Counted from the stretch's first letter, positions 1-11,224 are shown. The stretch is 64,000 bases of DNA from Selaginella moellendorffii (GCF_000143415.4 NW_003314302.1:146151-210150), one strand, 5' to 3'. Notes: a model not told the origin generated them from the letters alone. Numbers and translations are program-made.

Positions 1-49
1 GAGTTTTGTTTCCAAACTCTAGAGGAGAAAAACAAAGAGAAAGCTTTAC

Positions 50-1271
50 CTCGCCTGGAAATGCTTTAGACATTGCACGTAGAATGTTGTGCTTGTTTTG
101 ATCTCCATGGAGCTTCCTTTTCTCCACGAAGTTGATCATGATCCGGCCTCCCGGTTTCAATCTCTTCCGGAGTTTCAACCATGTCTCCACCTGGAAGAAC
201 TAAAACTATGAGATCACAAAGACCATAACGTTGTTTCTACCTCGTGCAGCTCTGGCAAAACCTCCGCGTTTGAGAACAAATCCACGACAATGCCTGGACA
301 AGAGTCACAGCTTCTGAGAAAAGATGATAAAAGAACTTGCATGTCACAGGACCTGCAAATCCTCCGTCGGGATCACTGGCATCCGAGAAAGCGTCTCCGA
401 TATGAATTTTCAGTCCGCCACCGTGTTCATTCTCGCCTTCCAGCTCGGACAGGCCAAGATATTCTCTCGCCTTTTCAATCAGCTGCATGAAAACTGTGAG
501 CTCCGGGGATGGAAAATGCAAGAGACTCACGAGTTCATCGATCTCAAAGCCTATCAATTCTCGCTGGGGCCACAAATGGAGCAGTAATCGAGCAGCAGTG
601 CCACCTCCCTGTTGAAACAAAGTTTTTTGTAAGAAGAAGCACACGAAAAGTTCTTACCAATCCGAGAATTGCAATGGGACCTTCCGGAATGATCGGTGGA
701 AGCGAGGAGAACTCATCCTAAAGAACACACATGAGCTTACTTAAGAACAAAGAAAGGAAAGAGAATTTCTTTTACCCAGTAGTATCCAACCCACATCGAA
801 TCCTCCATGTAAACGCTGTGAGGATCTCCTGCATTGACAAAGATCCTAGCACGACTCGAGTCACACAAGAAATCCATGAACAAAGAAAGCGATAATCCCT
901 AGCCTACCTGTTTGATCGAGCAGCAGCAATCTTGCCCCAGCGAAATCAGCCAGCGAATCCCTCGGCAGCTCCACGATCGCAATGGCATTGTAGTCACTCT
1001 CCAAGAACGCGAGAATCGCTGGGCCCGCGGCGTCCAAATCTTCCTCGATCCATCCCTCCTCCAAGGAAATCCCATCCCTCCCTGGATTGGCCGCAAGAAC
1101 AAGGCGGCATCCACGCGGATTGATCCCCGGCAAGCATCGCAATGGAGGATTCACTGCCCTAAGAAGCTCCACGGGCAGCTGTGAGAGAGGGAACCCGGCT
1201 ATGGCGATCCCATCGCACGAGGAAGGGAAAAGAGGCCACCAGACAAAGCAAGCAAATATTGCGAGTAGCAT
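50..1271 (-). CDS. SAM-dependent methyltransferase, spermidine-synthase-like plant family (probably organellar); multi-exon, 3' end beyond window start
   Basis: Exons read ESDYNAIAIVE..ARLLLLDQT / DPHSVY..WVGYYW / DEFSSLPPIIPEGPIAILGL / GGGTAARLLLHLWP..FEIDEL / LIEKAREYLGLSELE..IHIGDA / IVVDLFS / WLKLRKRLKPGGRIMINF with short GT-AG introns; LGLGGG SAM-binding motif spans a splice junction. Start codon uncertain. Confidence 0.85.
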
Positions 1272-1328
1272 GTTAACTGGTTTTAGGGCTCTTGTTCTTT
1301 GCGACTCTTGGATTCGATGAAGAGAGGA

Positions 1329-1913
1329 ATGGAATCCGAGCCGCCGAGGTGAAATCGCGCGAAGCCGTGTGAATTTCTTGCGAAATCTCTCGTCTGTGTG
1401 CCTGCCAGGTACTGCTGGAGATTTGTTTGCGATGATCCGGCGCGACAAGCTCCCCCTGTCGTTCGCCAGGAGCAATCCAGCCTCGACACGCCCCAATCCG
1501 TCGCTGACAACTCGAAATCCTTCCCGATGGAAGCTCCCGAGGCCGCATTTCCGCGAGAAATCCCGCACAGAGATGAGAGCTCGTACAGGGAGGAAAGATT
1601 TCTGCCGATGAGGGACGATCAAGGGTCGATGCTCATGGTGGGGCGATTCGGCGGCGCCAGATTCCACGTGTGGAAGATGAGGATGCAAATGCTGCTGGTG
1701 CTACACGATCAGTGGGGCGTGGTGAGCGGATCGGAGGCCCGGCCGGGAGAATCCGCGAGGAAGGAAGATTGCCTAGAGTTTGAGAAGAAGGACGCGAGAG
1801 CGCGAGCGAATATTTTGCTCCATCTCGAGGACAGGCAGCTAATGCAGGTGTGGCACACAACGTCAGCGAAGCAGGCATGGGATCTCCTGGGCGACATGTA
1901 CATGGCGTTCTAG
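1329..1913 (+). CDS. Small (~174 aa) spliced protein consisting of a Ty1/copia Gag N-terminal region (DUF4219 + UBN2/Retrotran_gag_2-like)
   Basis: GRFGGARFHVWKMRMQMLL..DQWGVVSG..EKKDARARANILLHLED..SAKQAWDLL matches the copia Gag N-terminus. Predicted exon1 1329-1348, 60-nt GT-AG intron 1349-1408, exon2 1409-1913 stay in frame. No pol or LTR adjacent. Confidence 0.6.
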
Positions 1914-2024
1914 GAGTCCGGGATTTAGGGTTTTAGCGCCTTGATAGATAGAAAGAATGATAATGGCGCGTCCACAGCTAGCACCAAGGATGATCTTTGT
2001 CGTTGTCACCGACAGTAGAGTTTA

Positions 2025-2045
2025 CCCTAAACCCTAAACCCTAAA
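2025..2045 (+). repeat. Interstitial plant telomeric repeat (CCCTAAA)x3 / telo-box
   Basis: ccctaaa ccctaaa ccctaaa seen directly. Confidence 0.8.
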
Positions 2046-2199
2046 TTTGCAAGGTCCGGATTACAATGCTTCTTCGGGCTGGACCGGTTCCAAGGGGCTC
2101 AAAATTCTAGAAACCATCAGCCGAACTAACACAAATGGTGAGTCAAAGATGTTAGCGAATGTTCTTGTGGTCAATATAGCGTTGACTCTAGCTACCCAA

Positions 2200-3300
2200 A
2201 AGCTTAACTCACACAAGCGGCTGTTTGTGAGCTCCATCTCCGCGTGCTCAAACGTGGAAGAAGGCAGGAAAATCTACACGGGTTCTCTTACAATGCTCTC
2301 AGCTTGTCAAGAAATTATCAAGAGATTATCTAGGGCTCAAGCATCTGGGAATGCACCGGCTGATCGCCGGGAAAGCATCGCAAGAAGTGCCGGATAAAAT
2401 TCAAAAATCTGGCTTAGAAAGTGCTGCTATTCTGTAAAGCGCTTGTAGCTCAGGGGATAGAGCGTCTGTTTCCGGAGCAGAAAGTCACAGGTTCGATATC
2501 TGTCAGGAGTGTGATACAGTTGATCTGGTGGAGCATAGCTGGATCGACTGCATGTTCTCCTTTCCTTGTGTGTTGTGATTATTCCTTTCTTCTCTTGGTG
2601 TCTTTGGACAAGATGGATCGGAGCAGATTAACCATCTTTAGGTAAAGAGTTTCATGATACAGTAGGATGTATAAACGGGCCATGATGGTTGGTTGAGACT
2701 GATGAAAGAATGGTGGCATTTGGAGAATCCTCATTGATTTGTGCTAGTGAGTCAAGAGGAGCTCTTTAGATCGAGCAGCAGCTGAGATTGTGCGAGATTT
2801 GGCTCACGGCAGGCGGATGCACCGTGTCATCCAGCCTCTGATACAAGCGCTTTGTTTCAATCTCCTCTATAGGTGTGCCAGAAGTGCCGGAGCATCAAAG
2901 ACGCCACCGATTTGGTCAGATCGATTGCATAATGTAACGATTACTACATTTGCCTTAAACGGGCATCTGGAGGTCGCAAATACACTCTTTCTTTCCGATG
3001 CTCAGCAAAAGGTGATCTCCTGGAACACAGGGCTTGCATTGTATGGAAAGCCCGGTCCGATGCTTTGTAATATTCACCAACACACCATTGTGTCTTGGAC
3101 CAGTATCATGCACATATAAGTCCCATGGGGCATCTTGACGAGGCTGTTGCTCTCAGTTTATTTGGAAGCCAAGAGTTACAAGCAGCTCCAAAGCATTCAT
3201 TCTTCCTTGCTAATCGAACAAGTCTTTACCTATGGTGTCAAAGCAAACATGCTTGGAATCATATCTGTATTGAGAATCACAGCTCTCTAGATTAGCAGAA
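2200..3300 (+). pseudogene. Highly degenerate PLS-class PPR fragments
   Basis: Fragments SISACSNVEEGRKIY, RDLAHGRRMH, FALNGHLEVANTLF, VISWNT, IVSWTSIM, broken by stops and deletions. Confidence 0.55.
2439..2511 (+). tRNA. tRNA-Arg(CCG), possibly a pseudogene
   Basis: 73-nt cloverleaf GCGCTTG..GCTC-AGGGGATA-GAGC..TCTGT-TTCCGGA-GCAGA..ACAGG-TTCGATA-TCTGT-CAGGAGT-G. G3-A70 mismatch, G53-T61, no clear T-run terminator. Confidence 0.8.
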
Positions 3301-3503
3301 AAAATGGGAAAGCAAAGGAGGCTGCCTCCCATAGATAAAGCTCCATATGGGCACAAACTCTCACAAATGCTCGCACAGACTTTAGAATGCGAAGTGTTGG
3401 TCACTGAATGGTCATAGCTAGCTGCTTATGTAGATGACCATGAGGAAAGAGGGTCGACCAAAAGATAAGCAGCAAAAATGGCTCCTTCTCGAAAGCTTGT
3501 GCT

Positions 3504-3728
3504 TGCATTGCTCCCTTTATCCCTGCTCATCACTGCTACTTTTGCTGCTGAAAATGAAGGTAGTAGTTTTCTTCTCCAAAATCGGGCACCATATTGCTAG
3601 GGTAACTTGGTCGTCCAGTGCAGATCTGTGAATCCAATTCAAACACTAAGATCATTGAGATTCTGGAGAAGAAAACCACTACCTTCATTTTCAGCAGCAA
3701 AAATAGCAGTGATATAAGAGGAGATGCA
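3504..3728. ncRNA. miRNA-precursor-like fold-back
   Basis: 55-bp arms 3529-3583 and 3659-3713 are reverse complements with 3 mismatches; ~75-nt loop; weaker lower stem 3504-3520 / 3714-3728. Confidence 0.5.
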
Positions 3729-4784
3729 TTTCTCTCTATGGTTTCCAGAGCTTCTTCACCTTAGCCATTCTTCCCAGGGGCCACCAGGACTCATGGACGG
3801 TGTATGTGGAAGCTTTCAAATAAAGATGGAGCTTCTTTCCTGGTAGATGCCACTCAGAATTTCAAGTATTCATTCAGCTCCATTCCGTCGTGGCAGTCTC
3901 CACACTTTACAACCAAGTCTTCTAAATGCTTCCCAGAGACTTAGCTTTTCCTGCCTTGGAGCTCACAAACAGTCTTTCTCCTGAAGATCCAAACAGATTG
4001 CTGGCTCTGTAAGAAATCACATAAGACATGATTTACAAGTGAAATCATGGGTCCATGAAAATTCGTTTAGCTCAGCCAGCTTAGCTGCCACATCCTGGGG
4101 CTGGCCAGTTGGAGCTCTAGCTAATGAAAGAATCGGTGAAGTGGATGTGTGGCCCAAGACATGCTTCTGTATTCTGCAGCTGTTTAAGCTGGCTTGCAGC
4201 TTAAATTTAAACACATGAAAAGAAGGATTTAGCCATGCTCAAACCAAGGGGAAAACTTAAAAACAAAGTATTATATAGTCCCTGTAAGCTGAAAGAAAAC
4301 AAAATATTTTAACAAATTAAAAGGAAATTGTGAACATTTTAAGTTCATTATTATTAAGTATTTACTTAATAGTGTTTATTATTATACTAGAACTATAATA
4401 TATTAAGAATAAATTCATTACAAGTAAAATGCTAAAATTAACTCATTTTAAAAGCTATATGATTGTATCAACACTAAGTGGTTTGCACTATAAAGTATAT
4501 GTATTATTTCAATAAAAAATTAGATAATTGTACATATAAAAAATTTGCAAAGTCCAAACATAAAACCTACATGTACATACACAAAAGAAAAATTTTGTTT
4601 ATAACTTTAAAGAAAATACATAAAATTTCCAATTAAATATTTAAATTTATATTCTCAACACTTATAATATAATATAAATATAAGTACTCACAAAATAATA
4701 AAATATTTATATGAAATTTGACTTCTTTATAAATTATAATGCACAAAAATAGATATTAAATAATATTTATGTGTGCATATACCA

Positions 4785-5578
4785 TGAGAGAGCTAGCTCG
4801 AGAACACAGCCCTTCTCCATAAAGCCACGAGCTCAATCAAGCATACCGGCCATTAATCAGCGTGGAATACGTTATAGAGTTTGGCGCACTCGCCGACTTT
4901 CTTCTCTCTCCATCGATAGCAGTGGTATACAACACCACATCCAGTCTTCTTCAAGTTCCAGGTCCCCAACTGGTTTAGTCTGCAGAGAATGGTATAGAGT
5001 GTAGATAAGCAGCTTCTCCTCGTCTCACCGAAAACATGCACAGCATCAAGGTCGTGAAATTCAGCACAGCCCCCTGCGATCATCTGGTTGAGAAGATCGT
5101 ACGCATCGTCCAACCTTGTCAGCTTGCAGAAGCCGTTCATGAGGGTGGTGTACGTCCGGAGAGCTTCCAGTCTCAGCCATCCGGTTCATCGCCTCGTCCA
5201 TCTGTCCCAGGGAGTTGTAAATCACCGTGTTGCTGCCTCTCTTGATCATCTGGCCGAAGTGATCAATCGCCTTCTTCGTCTGAAGAAGAACAAGAGCTTG
5301 ATGTCCTGCTCCAAGGCGGGGTCATGCACACAACCTCATCAACAATCCCCAGCTTCTGCATTTTGCCACACAGCCTCTCCAGAGCAATCTGCACACCCCG
5401 CATGCCACAACCGCACGAAGCGTCCATCTCCTCCTCGAACAGCACCTGGGGATCACAAGACTTGTGCGTCCAGTGCCTCCTCACATGCGCAGCCACCTCC
5501 GCCTCTCCCCCTTGAATCAGCTGCTCCTTGAAGAAGCCAAACAGCTCCTCGTCCTCGTCCTCGTCCTCCACCTTGAGC
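4785..5578 (-). pseudogene. Chimeric deleted inverted copy of the APH-like gene (47832-49220) joined to pieces of the PPR gene (51157-53592)
   Basis: KVEDEDEDEELFGFFKEQLIQGG..RRHWTHKSCDPQV matches the APH C-terminal part; MDEAMN, MAETGSSPDV, MNGFCKL.RLDDAYDLLNQM match the PPR, with many deletions. Confidence 0.9.
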
Positions 5579-5654
5579 ACGAACTTTCAGTTCTTTGCGT
5601 GGCACTCAACGCAAGGAGTCAGGAGGTGGATTCTGCGTCTCTTGTGGTCCTCTA

Positions 5655-6091
5655 GGGAAGCACAGTGTACAACTATATGTATGCTGTGTTTCTCTTGATA
5701 ACAACTTGCTATCGGAGGCAATGTTGCTACAGTCCTTTTCACTGGATTCTTACAAAAATTTTGGAGCAGACTCTTTGAAGGTTTGTTCTGTGTTTCTTTC
5801 GTCTTGGTACATATGACTTACATTATTCTTACAGCTGCAAGCGGAGTTGGAATTCAACTCACTCCAGACAGCAACAACCTTCTGTTGCTGGGAACTTTTG
5901 CTGTTCATAGCCCCGAGCTTCCCAGTCAGTCGCACATAGTGCGGGTGCTTTCTCTTACTGAACGTGATCTGAAGGCTGAACTTTTTGCAACTGCCACAAT
6001 GAGATGCCTTTTGATAACAGGACCTCTTTCTTTGGTCACTGCTGGAGATGAAGGTTGTATCAAAGAATGGCACATGGATCTGTCTTGGAGG
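5655..6091 (+). other. Unidentified spliced gene fragment, possibly WD40-like
   Basis: Two exon-like open stretches with GT-AG boundaries; LVTAGDEGCIKEW resembles a WD40 blade. Confidence 0.3.
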
Positions 6092-6178
6092 TAATCACTT
6101 TTCATGTTTGTATTTCCTTGCATTAATCATGTCCTAGTCAGGCATTCTTTGTATGAAGCAGATCTCCCTCCTGCAATA

Positions 6179-7471
6179 TAACGGCTGAAGAATTTTAAAG
6201 CTAGCCATCGCTATAAATTTAAGAAATTGATATTGCTAAAAGGTATGTAGAAAATCAAATTGAGAAAAACAATTTAAAGCAAGTATACAATAAAAATTAA
6301 AAAAACCTAACTAAAACTGGTCTGGAGAAGCTTTATTTTATATTATTTTATTCTGATAAGGTTGCAATAAGTTTTTCCTTAGCCTGAGAATTATGAAAAA
6401 TTGGTGGAGAGCAAAAATTTAACACGCAATTAAAAATAAAAATTTTGGTAAATTACCATAGAAATTAGTACTATCATGATCTGCCTTGGACAATTGTGGA
6501 GATGGGGGTGGCAATGGTGGTGGAGCTAAACTGGATTGTTCATCCCACCCATTAGTATCACTGCTATGCCTGAGTGCTATGGCAGTTTAGCATCCATTAA
6601 TACAATGGTGAGTGGAAGTGTTTTATAGGGCTTGAAGAAGGGCTACTTTGTTCTTCATGTGTTTGTGGAGTCTGTACAACTGGCCATACCCCCAGCAACT
6701 TGTATTGATAAAGAGATTTTTATTTTTGAATCACATGGTAAAGCCCTAGTGCAATTTGGATCCTAGACATTGTGTAAGTATTGTTTGCCTTTAGGTTTTT
6801 CATTTGCCCCAAGAATGTAGAGGATTCTCACAATTGTTGAGAAGTTATATTTGTGATGAACTTATGGTTTTATTTCTTTGGTTTGTGCAGAGATTTTTAT
6901 TAGTTGTTCAAAAATATTAGTCTTAGATGGAGGTACTAGCATTGGTAGAGTTTAATGGTCTTGATGCTTATCTTTGACATTGAAGTTATTAATTTTCCTA
7001 TTTTAGAAGCTTGAAGGTGTTTTCTGACAAATCTTATTTAGGTCATAGGTGACTAATGTTTTATTTTTTGCTGCTTTCATTTCTTCATATTATTCATTGT
7101 TTCACATTCGTTAACTTTTCTAATAAGGGAATGCAGGCAGTTACCCACAACAATGGAATTTGCAAGGAGCTCATCAATCCTTATTATTTCCACTATAAAG
7201 AGTTCATGGTAAGTTGGATTGAAATGGAAACTTTCTTTTGATTTCTTTCATCTATCATTGCTGTGTGTTGTCAAAGATGGATATAATTACTTACCCTTTC
7301 ACTTTTGTCTTAAAAAGTGATGCTTCTTTGTTTTCATCCATTCGGAATATGATACTTTTAATGCTCTCAACAGCTTCAAGGTGTGACCCTAGAGCTAGCT
7401 CTAGTTTTCTTCCAAAAAACACTTACAAGACAAACAAAAGCTAAATAAGATTTTTTAGATTTCTCAAAACA
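6179..7471 (+). repeat. Unclassified repeat X, copy 1 (degenerate exon-like pieces; probable TE)
   Basis: Colinear with 21348-22586, with many substitutions and indels. Confidence 0.75.
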
Positions 7472-7565
7472 AAGAGACTTGTTCTTCAGTTTTTGTTTTT
7501 TGTTCTCCCTGTCTTGATTTATGTCTCTCGACTTTCTCTGATCTTTTGAGTTGTGATCTTTCCAG

Positions 7566-8600
7566 GTGGGTCAATCTGGAGCTTAAACTTGTGGCGGACG
7601 TGGGAATTATAGGTGTTCCAAACGCTGGAAAGAGCACGCTACTAAGTGCTATCCGTGCTGCTCGTCCCTCCATTGCTGCGTATCCATTTACGACACTACT
7701 ACCCAACCTTAGTGTGGTGTCGCTGGACTTCGATGCAACGATGGTTATAGCGGACTTGCCCGGGCTTCTCGAAGGTGCTCACGCTGGATGCGGCCTCGGT
7801 CACGAATTTTTACGCCACACTCGAGTCCTGGTAAGCTTTTTGTTTTAAACTTTCCTGCGTGCTAAAAGTTTCTTTGGAAAACCAGATTCATGTTATAGAC
7901 GGTACGACTGCCAGAATTCGAGTACGATGCAGTGACTGGAGCTGGAACTGTTTGATCCTCGCCTTTGCCCCAACAAGATGGATGTCCCAGAGGCTGCCGA
8001 ACGCTGGGAAAGTTTCCGGAAAGCTATGGAGTCTCGTGGAGTGGAGGTTCGTTCCGTGAGCGCCGCAAGTTGTACGTCATGCGTATAAGCTTCTACAGAC
8101 AGTCCCAGTTGGTAAGTATGAAACACTACTTTTAACTCGACTGTGGAACTCTTTCTCTACTATTCTTGCAGAAGAACCCGTGTCGATCTCGAACGACGTA
8201 GCTTCGATGGTGAAAAAGGAGCGAAGTAGTCCCATTGGAGAATTTAAGGTGGACGTCGACCCAGAATCAGACTTGTGGCACATTTACGGTTCTGGTGTGG
8301 AGCGCTTCACGCAAATGACTAACTGGGAGTAAGCTTACATCTTTTATCTTCCCATTCTTTCGAGTATTACAGCTCTTACACGACTCGCAAGTATTTCGAG
8401 TCCTTGCAACGATTCGAGCGGGTCTTAGAATGCAGCGGGATAAACGCCGAGCTGAAAAGTAGAGGAATTCACGAAGGAGACAAAGTTGCGATCAGAGACG
8501 TACGTTAAATTCACACTCTTCGTTCTGTGCTATGTTTGTTTTTCTTTTTTCTTCGAACTTACAGATAGTTTTCACTTGGCACGATTCCAATGATGTTGCA
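7566..8600 (+). pseudogene. Chloroplast Obg GTPase, 3' half only
   Basis: [44 protein letters not shown]; C-terminal DUF1967-like exons; no 5' exons, frameshifts. Confidence 0.9.
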
Positions 8601-8737
8601 AATGTGGGGACTTGGAGACGCGGCCAGAGAGGCCACACACTGATGCCTCGTTTGTAGAAAAGGTGATATTTTTATCTACAATTTTTCGCTTGCGTTCCAG
8701 AGAGACATAAAAGGCCTGGTGGTTTACGTTTTTGCAG

Positions 8738-10876
8738 CCAAAGGTGTTAACATTTGGAAGATACAAAGGCCAGCCTCTCGGTTTTCTTCCAGCGAACTAT
8801 CTGCAATGGATGACACAGGAGCTAGACAACCACTGGAATGGCTTGGCCAGGCAAGTTCTATCAGAAAGAAAAGAAGGAGAAAGCTCGAGCACTCAAGAAG
8901 AACGTTTCTGCTCCGCAGAGTTCTCGCAAAGTTGGATCCATGGTTCTCACTTCGGGAAGTACAAAGGCCAAGCGCTGGGTTCTCTCCCGGACGTGTACCT
9001 GGAATGGATGGCGAACAACAGCACACACACTGGGGGAGACACGGGAGAGAGTTTCTGGATAGCAAGCACGGTGGTGATCGAGAAGTTCGCATCGCCCAAG
9101 AACAGGATGGATCGATCGCGTTGAAGAAGCAGATCCTGGCTTGTCAAGAGAGGAGAGGCCTCGAGGAAGCTAAGCGGATCCACGCGCGGGTGAAAGCCAG
9201 CGCCTATCGCGACGATCGATACATCGCCAATCTTCTCATGGACATGTTTGGAGCTTGCGGGAGCGCGGACACGGCGCTGGAGATCTTTGAGAAGATCCAG
9301 GCGCCCAACATCTTCTCCTGGAACATCATCCTCAAGGTTGTCACGCAGAAGAATGGATGCGATCCAGAGGCGTGGAAGATTTTCGAGAAGATCCCGGAGA
9401 AGGAGAAGAATGCCGTGTCGTGGAACATCATCCTCGCCGCGCTCGCGGCCGAGAAGGGGAATTTGCGCAAAGTGGAGGAGTTTTTCTACGAGAGGATGCC
9501 CGTCAAGGATGTGTTCTCCTGGACTACACTACTCAATGCCTACATAACAAATGGGCGGTTTGACAAGGCCAGGGAGATCTTTGTGAGCCTCGATGACGAG
9601 AATGTAAACGCCGCTACGTGGAACACGATGATAGAAGGATATGCCCAGGCAGAGGATATGCTGCAAGCCAGAAAAATGTTCGATAGCATGCCCGAAAACA
9701 GCGTTGTGTCGTGGAATTTGATGATTACATAATGTGAAAGAAGCAAGAAACTTTTTTGAAAAAGTGAAGGAGAAAAACCAGGTGACTTCGAATGCGATGC
9801 TTGCTGTATATGCCCACAACGGGCATCTGCAGGAAGCAAAAACCTTGTTTGCTGAGATGCCAAAGAAAGATGGCGCTTCGTGGACGTGTTTGCTGCAAGC
9901 ACACTGCCATGCAGGGACAACCCATGATTCGGAGGAGATCCTGCAGAAGATGCCGTTTGAAAAGACTATTGTGCACTGGACGATGCTGCTGGATGCCCAT
10001 GCAAAGGCCGGGAATCTCGATCGAGCGAGGGAAGTTTACGACCAAACGCCGGATCCGGGTGCGATCACGAGGAATGCCATGTTCCACACAGAGGATACAT
10101 GCACGAGGCAAATGCGCTGTTCGAGCAAGTTGGAGACAAGGTTGACGCCGCGACAAAGAACATCATGATCCTGGCGCATGGATCGTCTGGGAACTTGGAT
10201 CACTACGACTGCATGGTTGGAGCTTTCGGAGCCGCAAAGAAGATGGAAGACGCAAGAGAGCTCATTGTAGCATGCCTTTCGAAGCTGATGCTCGAGTGTG
10301 GATGACTCTACTTGCTTGCTGCCGGAGGCACTTGGACACGGAGAATGGCAAGCTTTGCGCAGAGAGATTGTTTGTTTTGGATCCAGAGAACGTTTCACCG
10401 TACAAGATCCTCGTGGAGATCTACAGCCAAACCGGGAGAGAGAACGACATTGCTGGATTGAAGAAGATGGTGAGAGACAAAGGTCTCCACAAGCTCGAGG
10501 CCGAGAGCCTGATCCAGATCGATGGCATCACGCACAAGTTTCGAGTGGGAACACTGCGCATCCGAGCATCAAGAAAGTTCGCAAGGAAGTTGCCAGGTTG
10601 ACGAAGCTGATGGAGAGAGATCATGGGTATAAACACGAGAACTTGGGATGGAGCAAGTGTGGAGGCGGTGTTCACAGTGAGAAGCTTGCAATCGCGTACG
10701 CACTGTGTGAGAAGAGCCGTGAGATCTCGCTCGTGAATAACTTGAGGATGTGCGGTGACTACCATACTTCTGCAAAGATGATCTCCAGCGTGGTGAAGAG
10801 GAAGATCACGGTACGTGACATGCAAAGGCTGCATGGTTTTGAGAATGATGTTTGCTCTTGCGCGGATACCTGGTAA
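8738..10876 (+). pseudogene. PLS-E-DYW PPR with N-terminal tandem FGxYKG..LP..YL.W (DUF3820/ExoX-C-like) repeats, copy 1
   Basis: PLS motifs (NIFSWN, NAVSWN, DVFSWT), E domain (WMTLLACCRRH..LDPENVSPY), DYW region HSEKLA..NLRMCGDYH..CSCADTW*; stop at 9730-9732 and several frameshifts. Confidence 0.9.
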
Positions 10877-10879
10877 GTT

Positions 10880-11224
10880 TTAGTCTATTGTGGTTCCAGA
10901 GGTGGGAAGATCGTGATGGATCCATTCGTTAAATCCACCCTGGAGGTGGAAAACGTTTGTGAATCCTGCTTTTTGGAGTTCATATGCCGCTTTCAATGAT
11001 CTGTAAGGAGAGTTTCTTTCTGAGAGGTTTTGACGCAAGATCGGACGAGAGTACCTCGACTGACATCCAAAGAAGCGCTCGGGATCCTTGAACTTCTTTG
11101 CTTTAGGCCCTACGTGAGGAGAGTTCCTCCAATGCTGCACAGGACGATTACTTTCGTGTTCTTGTCGCTGTTGACAGCGTCGAGAGCTTTCTCGGCGAAT
11201 TCTGGGTTGCGCTCTGCCATGCAA
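10880..11224 (-). pseudogene. Rhodanese-like protein, C-terminal exons, copy 1
   Basis: ERNPEFAEKAL..VIVLCSIGG, KKFKDPERFFG, RSLKAAYELQKAGFTNVFHLQGGFNEW; frameshifted. Confidence 0.75.

Noticed and set aside
861-1688. 275-aa single ORF
   Set aside because: Only ~908-1271 is the methyltransferase first exon; the rest is antisense to the Gag-like gene
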